Shown piece by piece: positions 30,033 through 38,552 of a DNA stretch of 53,344 bases. The stretch lies in assembly GCA_003251175.1 (NCBI GenBank), contig QKHC01000039.1, positions 1 to 53,344 of the forward strand. The letters are read 5' to 3'. The notes under the pieces were generated by a model, which was not told the origin of the DNA, did no database searches, and saw only the letters and a program-made list of their open reading frames with translations. The DNA is from Gemmatimonadota bacterium. Its GTDB lineage: Bacteria; Gemmatimonadota; Gemmatimonadetes; Gemmatimonadales; GWC2-71-9. The position numbers were made by a program, and so were the translations under genes. Every line of letters starts with the position of its first letter. Position 1 is the stretch's first letter.

Positions 30033-32155
30033 CGAGCCCGCCGGCCATCACCTGGGAGATCCGCGATGGCATCGCGATCGTCACGCTCGATCGGCCTGGG
30101 CAATCCGTCAACGTCATCGGGCGGGCGGTCAAGGCGGAATTTGTGCAGTGCTTCGAAACGCTGGAGCAGGATGCCCGCGTTCGAGCCATCGCATTCTTTT
30201 CGGGTAAACCGGACAACTTCATCGCCGGCGCCGACATCGAGGAGTTCGTGCAACTCGGCTCCCAGTCCGAGGCCGAGCGGCTCTCAGCCGACGGGCAGGA
30301 CATGCTGGACCGCGTGGCGCGTCTCGCGAAGCCGGTGGCCGTCGGCATCCACGGTGCGTGCCTGGGTGGCGGATTCGAGTTCGCACTCGCTTGTCACTAC
30401 CGGGTGGCCACCGACCATCCGAAGACGCAGATCGGACTTCCGGAAGTCCAGCTGGGCATTCTCCCGGCGGCCGGCGGGTGTCAGCGGCTGCCGCGGCTGG
30501 TCGGCGTGCGCGCAGCCCTGGACATGATCCTCGCCGGCAAGTCCGAGCGCGCCAAGAAGGCCCAGCGACTCGGCATCGTGGACGAGCTCGTGCATCCCGC
30601 GCTGCTGCAGACCGTGACCATCGCGGCCGCACGACGGATGGGGGATGGCTGGCGCCCCCGGCGGCGCCGCGCCGGTGGGCTGCTGCTCGACGGCAATCCC
30701 GTCGGGCGCGCGCTGGTGTTTCGCATGGCCCGCAAGCAAGTGCTGCGCAAGACCGGTGGGCACTATCCCGCACCACTGGCGGCGCTCGATGCCGTGCGCC
30801 ACGGGCTGGCGCGCGGGATGCGCGAAGGGCTGCGCCGCGAGGCGGAATTGTTCGGGCGGTTGGCCGTCACCGACGTGTCCCGCAAGCTGGTGCAGATCTT
30901 CTTCGCGACAACCGCGCTCAAGAAGGACGCCGGCGTCGATGGCGCACCGGAGCCACTGCCGATCCGGCGATTGGGCGTGGTCGGCGCTGGCTTCATGGGC
31001 GCCGGCATCGGCGGCACGGCCGTGGCGCAGGCGGAAGTGGATGTCCGGATGAAGGACGCCGATCTGCAGCGGGTGGCAGCCGGCCTCACGACGGCGCGGC
31101 GTGTGCTCGACGATCGGCTGACACGCCGGCGCATCACTCGACACCAGCACCAGCGGCTGGTCGCCCTGCTCTCCGGGTCCGACAGCTACAGTGGATTCGG
31201 GCGTGCCGACCTGGTGGTCGAGGCGGTGTTCGAGGATCTCAGTCTGAAGCAGAAGGTGCTTCGTGAGATCGAAGCGGCTGCCCCGCCGCACGCTATCGTC
31301 GCGTCCAACACGTCCACCATCCCGATCACGCGGATCGCCGAGGCAGCACAGCGACCGGAGCGGGTCATCGGCATGCACTTCTTTTCGCCGGTGCCGCGCA
31401 TGCCGCTCCTCGAAGTGATTCCGGGTGCGCACACGGGCCCTGAGGTGATCAGCACCGCGGTCGCCTTCGGGCGGCGCTTGGGGAAGACGGTGATCGTAGT
31501 ACGGGACGCGCCGGGTTTCTGGGTCAACCGATTGCTCGGGCCCTACATGAACGAGGCGATGCACCTGCTGCTCCAGGGGGCGCGTATCGAGGATCTCGAT
31601 CGTGCACTGGTGGAGTGGGGTTTCCCGGTGGGCCCCATCACCTTGCTCGACGAGGTGGGGCTGGACGTTGCGGAGAAAGCGTCGGGGGTGCTGCAGGCAG
31701 CGCTGGGGGAACGTCTGGCGCCGCCACCCGCGCTGGCGGGACTGGTGCGCGACGGCCGCCTCGGACGCAAGAGCGGCCGGGGGTTCTACCGGTACGCGAA
31801 GGGACGCAAACAGGGTGTGGACGCGGGAGTGTACGCGCTCCTCGATCGGCACCCCAACGGCGGCCCCCGGCCCGGGGAAATCGTCCAGCGACTGGTGCTG
31901 GCGATGCTGAACGAAGCGGCGCGGGCCGTGGGCGAGGGCGTGGTCCGCTCCCCCCGCGACGGCGACATCGGGGCCATTTTTGGATTCGGCTTTCCGCCCT
32001 TCCGGGGCGGCCCACTGCGCCACGCGGACGACCTGGGCGCGGCCCGACTGGTGGCGGATCTGGAGCGCCTCGCGGAGCGACTGGGTCCACGATACGCGCC
32101 CGCCGACGTGCTGCGCGACCTGGCCCGCCACAACACGCGGTTCTATCCTAGCTGA
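30029..32155 (+). CDS. fadJ: Fatty-acid oxidation multifunctional enzyme alpha subunit (enoyl-CoA hydratase/3-hydroxyacyl-CoA dehydrogenase)
   Basis: FIAGADI, LGGGFE, GLPEVQLG, GAGFMGAGI, EAVFE, SNTST, GMHFFSPV. GTG 30029 overlaps the thiolase stop. Confidence 0.92.
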   Translation: MTSPPAITWEIRDGIAIVTLDRPGQSVNVIGRAVKAEFVQCFETLEQDARVRAIAFFSGKPDNFIAGADIEEFVQLGSQSEAERLSADGQDMLDRVARLAKPVAVGIHGACLGGGFEFALACHYRVATDHPKTQIGLPEVQLGILPAAGGCQRLPRLVGVRAALDMILAGKSERAKKAQRLGIVDELVHPALLQTVTIAAARRMGDGWRPRRRRAGGLLLDGNPVGRALVFRMARKQVLRKTGGHYPAPLAALDAVRHGLARGMREGLRREAELFGRLAVTDVSRKLVQIFFATTALKKDAGVDGAPEPLPIRRLGVVGAGFMGAGIGGTAVAQAEVDVRMKDADLQRVAAGLTTARRVLDDRLTRRRITRHQHQRLVALLSGSDSYSGFGRADLVVEAVFEDLSLKQKVLREIEAAAPPHAIVASNTSTIPITRIAEAAQRPERVIGMHFFSPVPRMPLLEVIPGAHTGPEVISTAVAFGRRLGKTVIVVRDAPGFWVNRLLGPYMNEAMHLLLQGARIEDLDRALVEWGFPVGPITLLDEVGLDVAEKASGVLQAALGERLAPPPALAGLVRDGRLGRKSGRGFYRYAKGRKQGVDAGVYALLDRHPNGGPRPGEIVQRLVLAMLNEAARAVGEGVVRSPRDGDIGAIFGFGFPPFRGGPLRHADDLGAARLVADLERLAERLGPRYAPADVLRDLARHNTRFYPS

Positions 32156-33090
32156 TGCTGCGCGCTAGCCTGCTGTGGCTCTCCGAGCAGCCACGTCTGT
32201 TCCGCATGGTCCGTAACAACCCTCTCGCCAGGCGCTTCGCGGCGCGTTTCGTCGCGGGCGAAACCGTCGATGGCGCGGTCAACGCCCTGCGGGACCTCAA
32301 TGCCGCCGGACTCGCGGCCACGGTAGACCTGCTCGGCGAGTCGGTGCGGCGGGCGGAGGAGGCGGCGGCGGCGCGCGACATCTATCTGCGGGTGTTGGAT
32401 CGTATCCACGAGACGCGGGCGGACGCCAACGTGTCCGTCAAGCTCACGCAGATGGGGCTCGACGTCGACGAGCAGGTCTGCACGGACAACGTCCACGCGA
32501 TCGCCACGCAGGCAGCGGCGCTCGGCAGCTTCGTGCGGCTCGACATGGAAGGCTCCGCCTACACCAGCCGCACGCTGAGACTGTTTCGCGAGGTGCTGCT
32601 GCCCCAGTTCGGCGCGGATCACATCGGAGTCGTACTACAGTCCTATTTGCGCCGCACTGCGGCCGACACTGATGCGATGATCGCGCTGGGCGCGCGGGTA
32701 CGGTTGTGCAAGGGCGCGTACAACGAGCCATCGGACGTCGCCTTTCCCGACAAGCGGGATGTCGACGCGAATTTCGTGAGCTGTGCGGAGCGGCTGCTCG
32801 CGAAGGGGCACTACCCGGCCATCGCCACGCACGACGAAGCCATCATCTCACAGATCCGAGCCTACGCTCAGCGGAGCGGGATTGCCCGCGACCGGTTCGA
32901 GTTTCAGATGCTCTACGGTGTGCGCCGCGATCTGCAGCTGGCGCTGCGACGCGACGGGTATCGCGTGCGGGTGTACGTCCCCTTCGGGGACCAGTGGTAT
33001 CCTTACCTCATGCGCCGGCTCGCCGAACGCCCCGCGAACATCGCCTTCGTCGTGGGCAACCTCGTCCGCGAGTCCGTCCGACGACGCTGA
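32155..33090 (+). CDS. Monofunctional proline dehydrogenase
   Basis: RFVAGET, DLLGE, SVKLTQ, LDME, RLCKGAY, ATHD, EFQMLYG, YVPFG..WYPYLMRRLAE. Confidence 0.93.
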   Translation: MLRASLLWLSEQPRLFRMVRNNPLARRFAARFVAGETVDGAVNALRDLNAAGLAATVDLLGESVRRAEEAAAARDIYLRVLDRIHETRADANVSVKLTQMGLDVDEQVCTDNVHAIATQAAALGSFVRLDMEGSAYTSRTLRLFREVLLPQFGADHIGVVLQSYLRRTAADTDAMIALGARVRLCKGAYNEPSDVAFPDKRDVDANFVSCAERLLAKGHYPAIATHDEAIISQIRAYAQRSGIARDRFEFQMLYGVRRDLQLALRRDGYRVRVYVPFGDQWYPYLMRRLAERPANIAFVVGNLVRESVRRR

Positions 33091-33416
33091 CACCGGACGG
33101 GACCCTGGGCGGGTACGAGGAGGTGCACGGGCGCCCGCCGGCGTTCGAGGGCCCCGACGGGGCGTCGTACACAGCGGCGACCTACGTCGATGATCGGCCC
33201 GGCACGGACGGACGGTACGGGGCGGCGCTGCTGTTCGTCCGCTGGTCGGCGCACGGGGATCGGCCCGAGGGTCACCTCGAGACGCCGTACCTCGCGCATG
33301 GGGCGACCGCGGCGGATGCCGTCCGGCCGCTGCTCGCGCTGTCACTCCACGAGGTCAAGGTGCATCTCGACCACCTCTGCGCGGCGCGCGACGCCGGACT
33401 CGAGCGCTCTACGTGA
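33087..33416 (+). CDS. Hypothetical protein (about 109 aa), probable CTG start
   Basis: Fills the gap between proline dehydrogenase and rsgA with 4-bp overlaps at both ends (CTGA and GTGA). Protein-like sequence TLGGY..VH.RP.AFEG.DG.SY...LLFVRW...GHLET. Confidence 0.7.
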   Translation: MTPDGTLGGYEEVHGRPPAFEGPDGASYTAATYVDDRPGTDGRYGAALLFVRWSAHGDRPEGHLETPYLAHGATAADAVRPLLALSLHEVKVHLDHLCAARDAGLERST

Positions 33417-34345
33417 CCAGCGGGGTCGTCCTCGTGCGCAGTGGTGTGCAGTACCGCGTACAGTTGGAGCACGGCGAGGTGACCACGGCGGTGTTGCGCG
33501 GGCGCGTGAAGCGGGCCGATGACGATCGGGTGGTTCCGGGGGACGTGGTGGACGTCGAGCTGCACAGCCGGGGACCGGCGACGATCGCGCGAGTCCGCCC
33601 CCGCCGATCAGTCCTTGCCCGACGGGCGGCCGGAGGCGAGCGGGCGCGGCGGTCCCAGCCGATCGCGGCGAACGTCGATCAGGTCGTCGTGGTTACGGCG
33701 GTGCGCGACCCCGAGCCCAACCCCCGCTTCATCGACCGGCTGCTCGTGATCGCCGCCGCGAACGGTCTCCCGGCGGTCGTCGTGGTCAACAAGGTCGATC
33801 TGGATCGGAAGCCGCTCGCGGCGCTCGAGCGGCGCATGACACCGGCGGGATACCAGGTGCTGGCGACTTCGGTGGTGTCGGGCGAGGGGCTGGCCGCTCT
33901 GCGCGACCTGCTGCGCGGCCGCGAGACGGTGCTGGCAGGTCCCTCGGGAGCCGGGAAATCGAGCCTGCTCAACGCGATGCAGCCCGGCCTCGGACGTCGG
34001 GTGGGCGCGATCAGCCGCAAGGGGCGCTCCGGCAGCCACACCACCACGGCCGCCGAGTTGTTGCCGCTCCCCATGGGTGGCTTTGTCGTGGACACTCCAG
34101 GTATCCGGGAGGCGGGTACCTGGGGTCTCGACCCGGAGCGCCTGGCACCGTGTTTTCCGGAGTTCCGGCCCTACCTGGACCGCTGCCGCTTCGACGACTG
34201 CCGGCACCTCGCCGAGCCGGAATGCGCCGTGCGGAGGGCCGCTGAGGAAGGTCGCCTCGACCCCGATCGCCTCGCGTCCTATGCGCGGTTGTATGAAGAA
34301 GTCAACGTGCCTTCCTGGTCCACCGGTCGCCGTCGCGCGTTCTGA
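33413..34345 (+). CDS. rsgA: Ribosome small-subunit-dependent GTPase A
   Basis: OB-fold N-terminus, circularly permuted G motifs NKVD, GPSGAGKS, HTTT and DTPG, and zinc finger CRFDDCRHLAEPEC. Confidence 0.94.
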   Translation: MTSGVVLVRSGVQYRVQLEHGEVTTAVLRGRVKRADDDRVVPGDVVDVELHSRGPATIARVRPRRSVLARRAAGGERARRSQPIAANVDQVVVVTAVRDPEPNPRFIDRLLVIAAANGLPAVVVVNKVDLDRKPLAALERRMTPAGYQVLATSVVSGEGLAALRDLLRGRETVLAGPSGAGKSSLLNAMQPGLGRRVGAISRKGRSGSHTTTAAELLPLPMGGFVVDTPGIREAGTWGLDPERLAPCFPEFRPYLDRCRFDDCRHLAEPECAVRRAAEEGRLDPDRLASYARLYEEVNVPSWSTGRRRAF

Positions 34346-34622
34346 CCTTGGCGAGCATCTGGTCGAATGCCTGGTCGAGGTCGATCTTTTGGGAGTTCGC
34401 GAGGCAGATCACGACGAACAGAATGTCGGCCAGTTCCATGGCGAGCGACCCTTCGGCTTCGTCACTCCGCTTGGTCTTCTGTCCGAAGCGATGGTTGATC
34501 TCCCGCGCGAGCTCGCCTACCTCCTCGGTGAGGCGGGCGAGGTTGGTCAATGGTGTGAAGTAGCCAGCCTCGTACTGCGAGACCCATTCGTCGATGGCGC
34601 GCTGCGCCTGGTGAAAGCTCAC
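34302..34622 (-). CDS. MazG-like nucleotide pyrophosphohydrolase (YpjD-like)
   Basis: GYFTPLTNLARLTEEVGELARE, ELADILFV..CLAN, RDGDRW. GAGG SD before GTG 34622. Confidence 0.9.
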   Translation of the reverse strand: MSFHQAQRAIDEWVSQYEAGYFTPLTNLARLTEEVGELAREINHRFGQKTKRSDEAEGSLAMELADILFVVICLANSQKIDLDQAFDQMLAKVRTRDGDRWTRKAR

Positions 34623-34653
34623 GGGAACCTCTGAGCGAGAAGAGTCGATCACG

Positions 34654-35898
34654 ATGGCCACGGGAACCGAGCTCGTAGTACCCTTTCGGGGCGAGCGCTA
34701 CCGCGCGACCGGCCGCCTGTCGCAGTTGATTGCGCCGCCGTACGACGTCATCCGCCCCGATCAGCGTGCCGCATACGCCGCGCGTGACGAGCACAATATC
34801 GTGCACGTCATGCTCCCGGAAGCCAGTGCCGCGGCGGACAAGTACCGCCACGCTGCGGCGCTGCTCGCCGCGTGGCGGGAGGCCGGCGTCCTCGAGCGCG
34901 ATCCCGATCCCGGTGTGTACGTCATGTCGCAGACCTTCGCCCTGCCGTCGGGCCAACAACGCACCCGGACGGGGCTCTTCGGGGCGGTGGCCGCCGAGGG
35001 CTACCAACCCGGTCGCATCCGCCCGCATGAGCGTACGCACCGCGCTCCCAAGGTGGACCGCCTCGCCCTGCTGCGAGCGACGCGTACCAGCCTGGAATCG
35101 ATCTTCCTGATCGCCCGCGACGAGCGCGGCACCCTGGCGGCCGCGCTCGCCAGGATCACCGCTCAAGCCCCGCACGTCACGACCACGCTTGACGGCACCG
35201 AGCTTCGACTCTGGTCCGTGGCGGGTGATCCGTCGCCCCTCCCGCTGCCGCCCGCACCCCTGTACATCGCCGATGGTCACCATCGCTTTGAAACCGCCTC
35301 GGCCCACGCTGCGGAGCGCCGAGACGCGAGTCGGCTCCTCGCGTTCGTGGTGTCCGCGCAGGATCCCGGACTCGTGGTTCTGCCGACGCATCGGGTCATC
35401 TTCGGCGCCGGCCGCACCAGCCTCGGCCATCTGCTCGGGGAATGGCAGCAGCAGTTCGAGATCGAGTCGCTGACCCCGGCAGGTGACCCGATGCAGCGGC
35501 TCGCGCAGGTCGGTGATCGTACCGCGTGTGTCGTGATGACGCCCGGCGGCCAGGAGTTCCTGCTCCGGTTGAGGCCCGACGCCGATCTCAGCGCACTGGA
35601 AGCGGCGGAGCCGGATCGACTCGTGCGTGCGCTGGCCGTGACCCGCATCGAGCATCTGGTTGTGCGACGCATCATTGGGGCGGCCGAGTCGACCGTGTCG
35701 CTGGACAACACGGCGGACCCCGGCAAGGCCGTGAGCGTCGTGCGGCAGGGACGCGCCGCCGCGGTGGCGGTGTTGACCCAGCCCACTGCCCTGGAGCAGG
35801 TGCTGGCAGTCGCCGATGCGGGAGGGGTGATGCCGCCCAAATCGACGTACTTCATGCCCAAGGTGCCCAGCGGGATGGTGCTGCTGCCGCACACCTGA
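34654..35898 (+). CDS. DUF1015 family protein
   Basis: PF.G.RY, APPYDVI, PHERT, YIADGHHRFETA, PTHR, MPPKSTYF.PK..SG. Confidence 0.87.
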   Translation: MATGTELVVPFRGERYRATGRLSQLIAPPYDVIRPDQRAAYAARDEHNIVHVMLPEASAAADKYRHAAALLAAWREAGVLERDPDPGVYVMSQTFALPSGQQRTRTGLFGAVAAEGYQPGRIRPHERTHRAPKVDRLALLRATRTSLESIFLIARDERGTLAAALARITAQAPHVTTTLDGTELRLWSVAGDPSPLPLPPAPLYIADGHHRFETASAHAAERRDASRLLAFVVSAQDPGLVVLPTHRVIFGAGRTSLGHLLGEWQQQFEIESLTPAGDPMQRLAQVGDRTACVVMTPGGQEFLLRLRPDADLSALEAAEPDRLVRALAVTRIEHLVVRRIIGAAESTVSLDNTADPGKAVSVVRQGRAAAVAVLTQPTALEQVLAVADAGGVMPPKSTYFMPKVPSGMVLLPHT

Positions 35899-36054
35899 GC
35901 AGGCGCGGTGATCCCGGGCACCCACTCGCGGTGCAGCCACCGGTCTCGGCAGAGCCGCGGCAGGGCAGCGGACGCGCGCGGTCATGGGCAATGCCGGCGA
36001 CGAGCTGCAGCGCCACGTGCCCAGCCGTGCGCCGCGCGTCTTATATTCCCGCGC

Positions 36055-36303
36055 ATGCCCCGCCCCCGCGACCGCATTCTCGGCAATCTCGAAACGGTAT
36101 ACCGCGAAGCCTACGAACGTGCCCGGTCGGCCGGCGATGCCGGCCGGATGGCCGATCTGGATTCGGCCTACCAGCGCGAGCAGCTGCTCCTCGAAGTGCT
36201 GCTCGACATCCGCGACGCACTCACCACGCGGGGCGCGCGCTCGACCGGTACGGATGCCGCCGCCACGATCAACACGATCCGCCAGATCACCAAACTGAAG
36301 TAG
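36055..36303 (+). CDS. Small helical hypothetical protein (82 aa)
   Basis: ATG 7 nt after TATATT. Amphipathic helices (YQREQLLLEVLLDIRD). Stop lies directly before the SD of the next gene. Confidence 0.72.
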   Translation: MPRPRDRILGNLETVYREAYERARSAGDAGRMADLDSAYQREQLLLEVLLDIRDALTTRGARSTGTDAAATINTIRQITKLK

Positions 36304-36312
36304 GGAGCCGCC

Positions 36313-37974
36313 ATGTCCCGCGTCGGCGTCGTCATCCTCGTTCTGCTGCTTGGCACCGCAGCGTGCCGGGAGCGGGCCGACCTCGTGGTGTACCACGGCA
36401 TGATCTGGAGCGGTGCTTCGACGGGTGCGCCGCAGTCGGGCGCCATCGCGGTGCGCGGCGATCGCGTGTACCTGCTCGGTGACTCCACCGACGTCGCCAC
36501 CCATGTGGGGCGTCGCACCGTGGTGCTGGACGCTGGTGGCGGTCTCGTGATGCCAGGCTTCGCCGACGCCCACACCCACTTCATCGACGGAGGATTCCAG
36601 CTCGCTTCGGTGGACCTGCGTGATGCCGCCACGCCAGCCGAGTTTGTGCGGCGGCTCGGCGAGTTCGCGCGCGGGCTCCCGCCGGGTGCATGGATCCTGG
36701 GTGGCGACTGGGATCACGAGTTGTGGCCCGGGGCGCGTCTTCCGCGCCGCGAGTGGATCGACTCCGTGACGCCGGACAACCCGGTCTTCGTCAGCCGGCT
36801 CGACGGTCACATGGCGCTGGCCAACACGGTCGCGCTCCGGGCGGCGGCGGTCACGCGGGACACGCCGACCCCGCCGGGGGGTGAAATCCCGCGTGACCCC
36901 CTCACCGGTGAACCCCAGGGAGTGTTCAAGGATGCCGCGATGGATCTCATCTGGGCTGCCGTGCCTGCGCGCACACCAGAGCAGCTCGACTCCGCGCTGG
37001 CGCGGGCCCTGGAGCACGCGGCCGCGCTCGGGGTCACGGCGACGGCGGCGGTGTCGGTGACGTGGCCGGAGTTGTCCAGCTACCGGCGCCTGCACGACGC
37101 CGACCGACTGACGCTGCGGGCATCCCTATATCTGCCGCTGTCGCAGTGGCGCGCCGTGGCCGACACAATCCGGGTCTTCGGGGCCGGCGACGATTGGCTG
37201 CGGATCGCCGGCGTGAAGGGCTACGTCGATGGCTCCGCCGGCTCGCGCACGGCGTATTTCTTCGATCCGTTTGCTGACTCCGCCGACTACCGTGGGCTGC
37301 TCGTGACTCCGGAAGACAGTCTGCGGTCATGGATCGGCAATGCCGATTCCGCGGGCCTGCAGCTCGCGGTGCATGCCATCGGGGACCGGGCGAATGCACT
37401 GCTGCTGCAGATCTTCGACAGCGTCGCGCGAGCGCATGGCGAGCGTGATCGACGGTTTCGGGTGGAGCACGCGCAGCATCTGCGTCCCCAAGACATCCCG
37501 TTGTTCGGCGAGCGGCGCGTCGTGGCATCGGTGCAGCCCTATCACGCGATCGATGACGGGCGCTGGCTCGACAAGCGCATCGGTCCCGAGCGGAGCCGGA
37601 CGACGTATGCGTTCCACTCGCTCCTGGCGGCCGAGGCGCCCGTCGCCTTCGGCTCGGACTGGACCGTGGGCCCCCTCGACCCGCTACTGGGGCTCTACGC
37701 GGCCACGACGCGGCGGACGATCGACGGCGCCCACCCGGACGGCTGGGTGCCTGACGAGAAGATCAGCCTGGAGGACGCGCTGCGGGCCTACACCGCGGGG
37801 ACGGCCTACGCCGTTTTCGCCGACACGAAATGGGGCAGGCTGGCGCCAGGGTACTATGCCGATCTGATCGTCCTCGACCGCAACCTGTTCACCATGCCCG
37901 CGGAGTCGCTCGCCACGGCTCGGGTGCGGTACACCGTGGTAGGCGGGCGCGTCGTCTATCGCCGCACCGAGTAG
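36313..37974 (+). CDS. Amidohydrolase-3 (YtcJ-like) lipoprotein
   Basis: Lipobox TAAC, PGFADAHTH, DGHM, VKGYVDG, VHAIGDRA, RVEHAQ, GSDW, G.L.PG..ADL. Confidence 0.9.
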   Translation: MSRVGVVILVLLLGTAACRERADLVVYHGMIWSGASTGAPQSGAIAVRGDRVYLLGDSTDVATHVGRRTVVLDAGGGLVMPGFADAHTHFIDGGFQLASVDLRDAATPAEFVRRLGEFARGLPPGAWILGGDWDHELWPGARLPRREWIDSVTPDNPVFVSRLDGHMALANTVALRAAAVTRDTPTPPGGEIPRDPLTGEPQGVFKDAAMDLIWAAVPARTPEQLDSALARALEHAAALGVTATAAVSVTWPELSSYRRLHDADRLTLRASLYLPLSQWRAVADTIRVFGAGDDWLRIAGVKGYVDGSAGSRTAYFFDPFADSADYRGLLVTPEDSLRSWIGNADSAGLQLAVHAIGDRANALLLQIFDSVARAHGERDRRFRVEHAQHLRPQDIPLFGERRVVASVQPYHAIDDGRWLDKRIGPERSRTTYAFHSLLAAEAPVAFGSDWTVGPLDPLLGLYAATTRRTIDGAHPDGWVPDEKISLEDALRAYTAGTAYAVFADTKWGRLAPGYYADLIVLDRNLFTMPAESLATARVRYTVVGGRVVYRRTE

Positions 37975-37986
37975 CCCGCGGGAGGA

Positions 37987-38469
37987 TCATCCCGCGTACT
38001 TGAATCCCGTGGCGGCCAGTGTCAGCGGGTTCCCGTCGGGGCGTTCCACCCCCGCCGCTACTACTTCCCCGAGCACGAGCGTGTGATCACCGGCCGGGAG
38101 CGCCGATATCACCCGGCACTCCAGCCACCCCAGACACTCGGCTAGCACGGGCGTGCCCGTCCCCGGTCCGGGCTTGGTCCGGATGCCCTTGAGCTTGTCG
38201 GGTGCCTGCTCGGAGGAACGTCCCAGCTTTCCCGCGAGGTCGCGCTGCCCATCGTGCAGCAGGCTGACGGCGAAGTGGTGCGCGTCCCGGATCAGCTCGA
38301 TCGTGTGCGAAGTATTCTCAACCGCGACGGCCACCATCGGCGGCTCGAACGCGGCCTGCGTGACCCAGTTGGCGGTCATGCCGTGCTCTTCGCCCTCGGC
38401 GGCGACGGTGATGACGTAGAGCCCGTAGGGGAAGTGGCGCAGCACGGTCTTCTTGGCGGCAGTGTCCAT
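37987..38469 (-). CDS. Flavin reductase-like FMN-binding protein
   Basis: YGLYVIT, TANWVTQ..FEPP, LEC.V......GDHTL..GEV. Confidence 0.88.
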   Translation of the reverse strand: MDTAAKKTVLRHFPYGLYVITVAAEGEEHGMTANWVTQAAFEPPMVAVAVENTSHTIELIRDAHHFAVSLLHDGQRDLAGKLGRSSEQAPDKLKGIRTKPGPGTGTPVLAECLGWLECRVISALPAGDHTLVLGEVVAAGVERPDGNPLTLAATGFKYAG

Positions 38470-38552
38470 GCGTCAATATTGGTCACGGACCGTCCGGCCG
38501 CCACGAGGCGTTCCTTTTGTCGTCTCCCGGCAGGCAGCGTATCTTTGTGACC

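Noticed and set aside
34462-37095. 877-aa minus-strand ORF and similar long antisense ORFs (6062-8032, 30284-32131, 38376-40211, 41650-43332, 51110-52858)
   Set aside because: Shadow frames opposite well-supported genes. They are Arg/Pro/Gly-rich with no motifs, as expected in high-GC DNA where stop codons are scarce.
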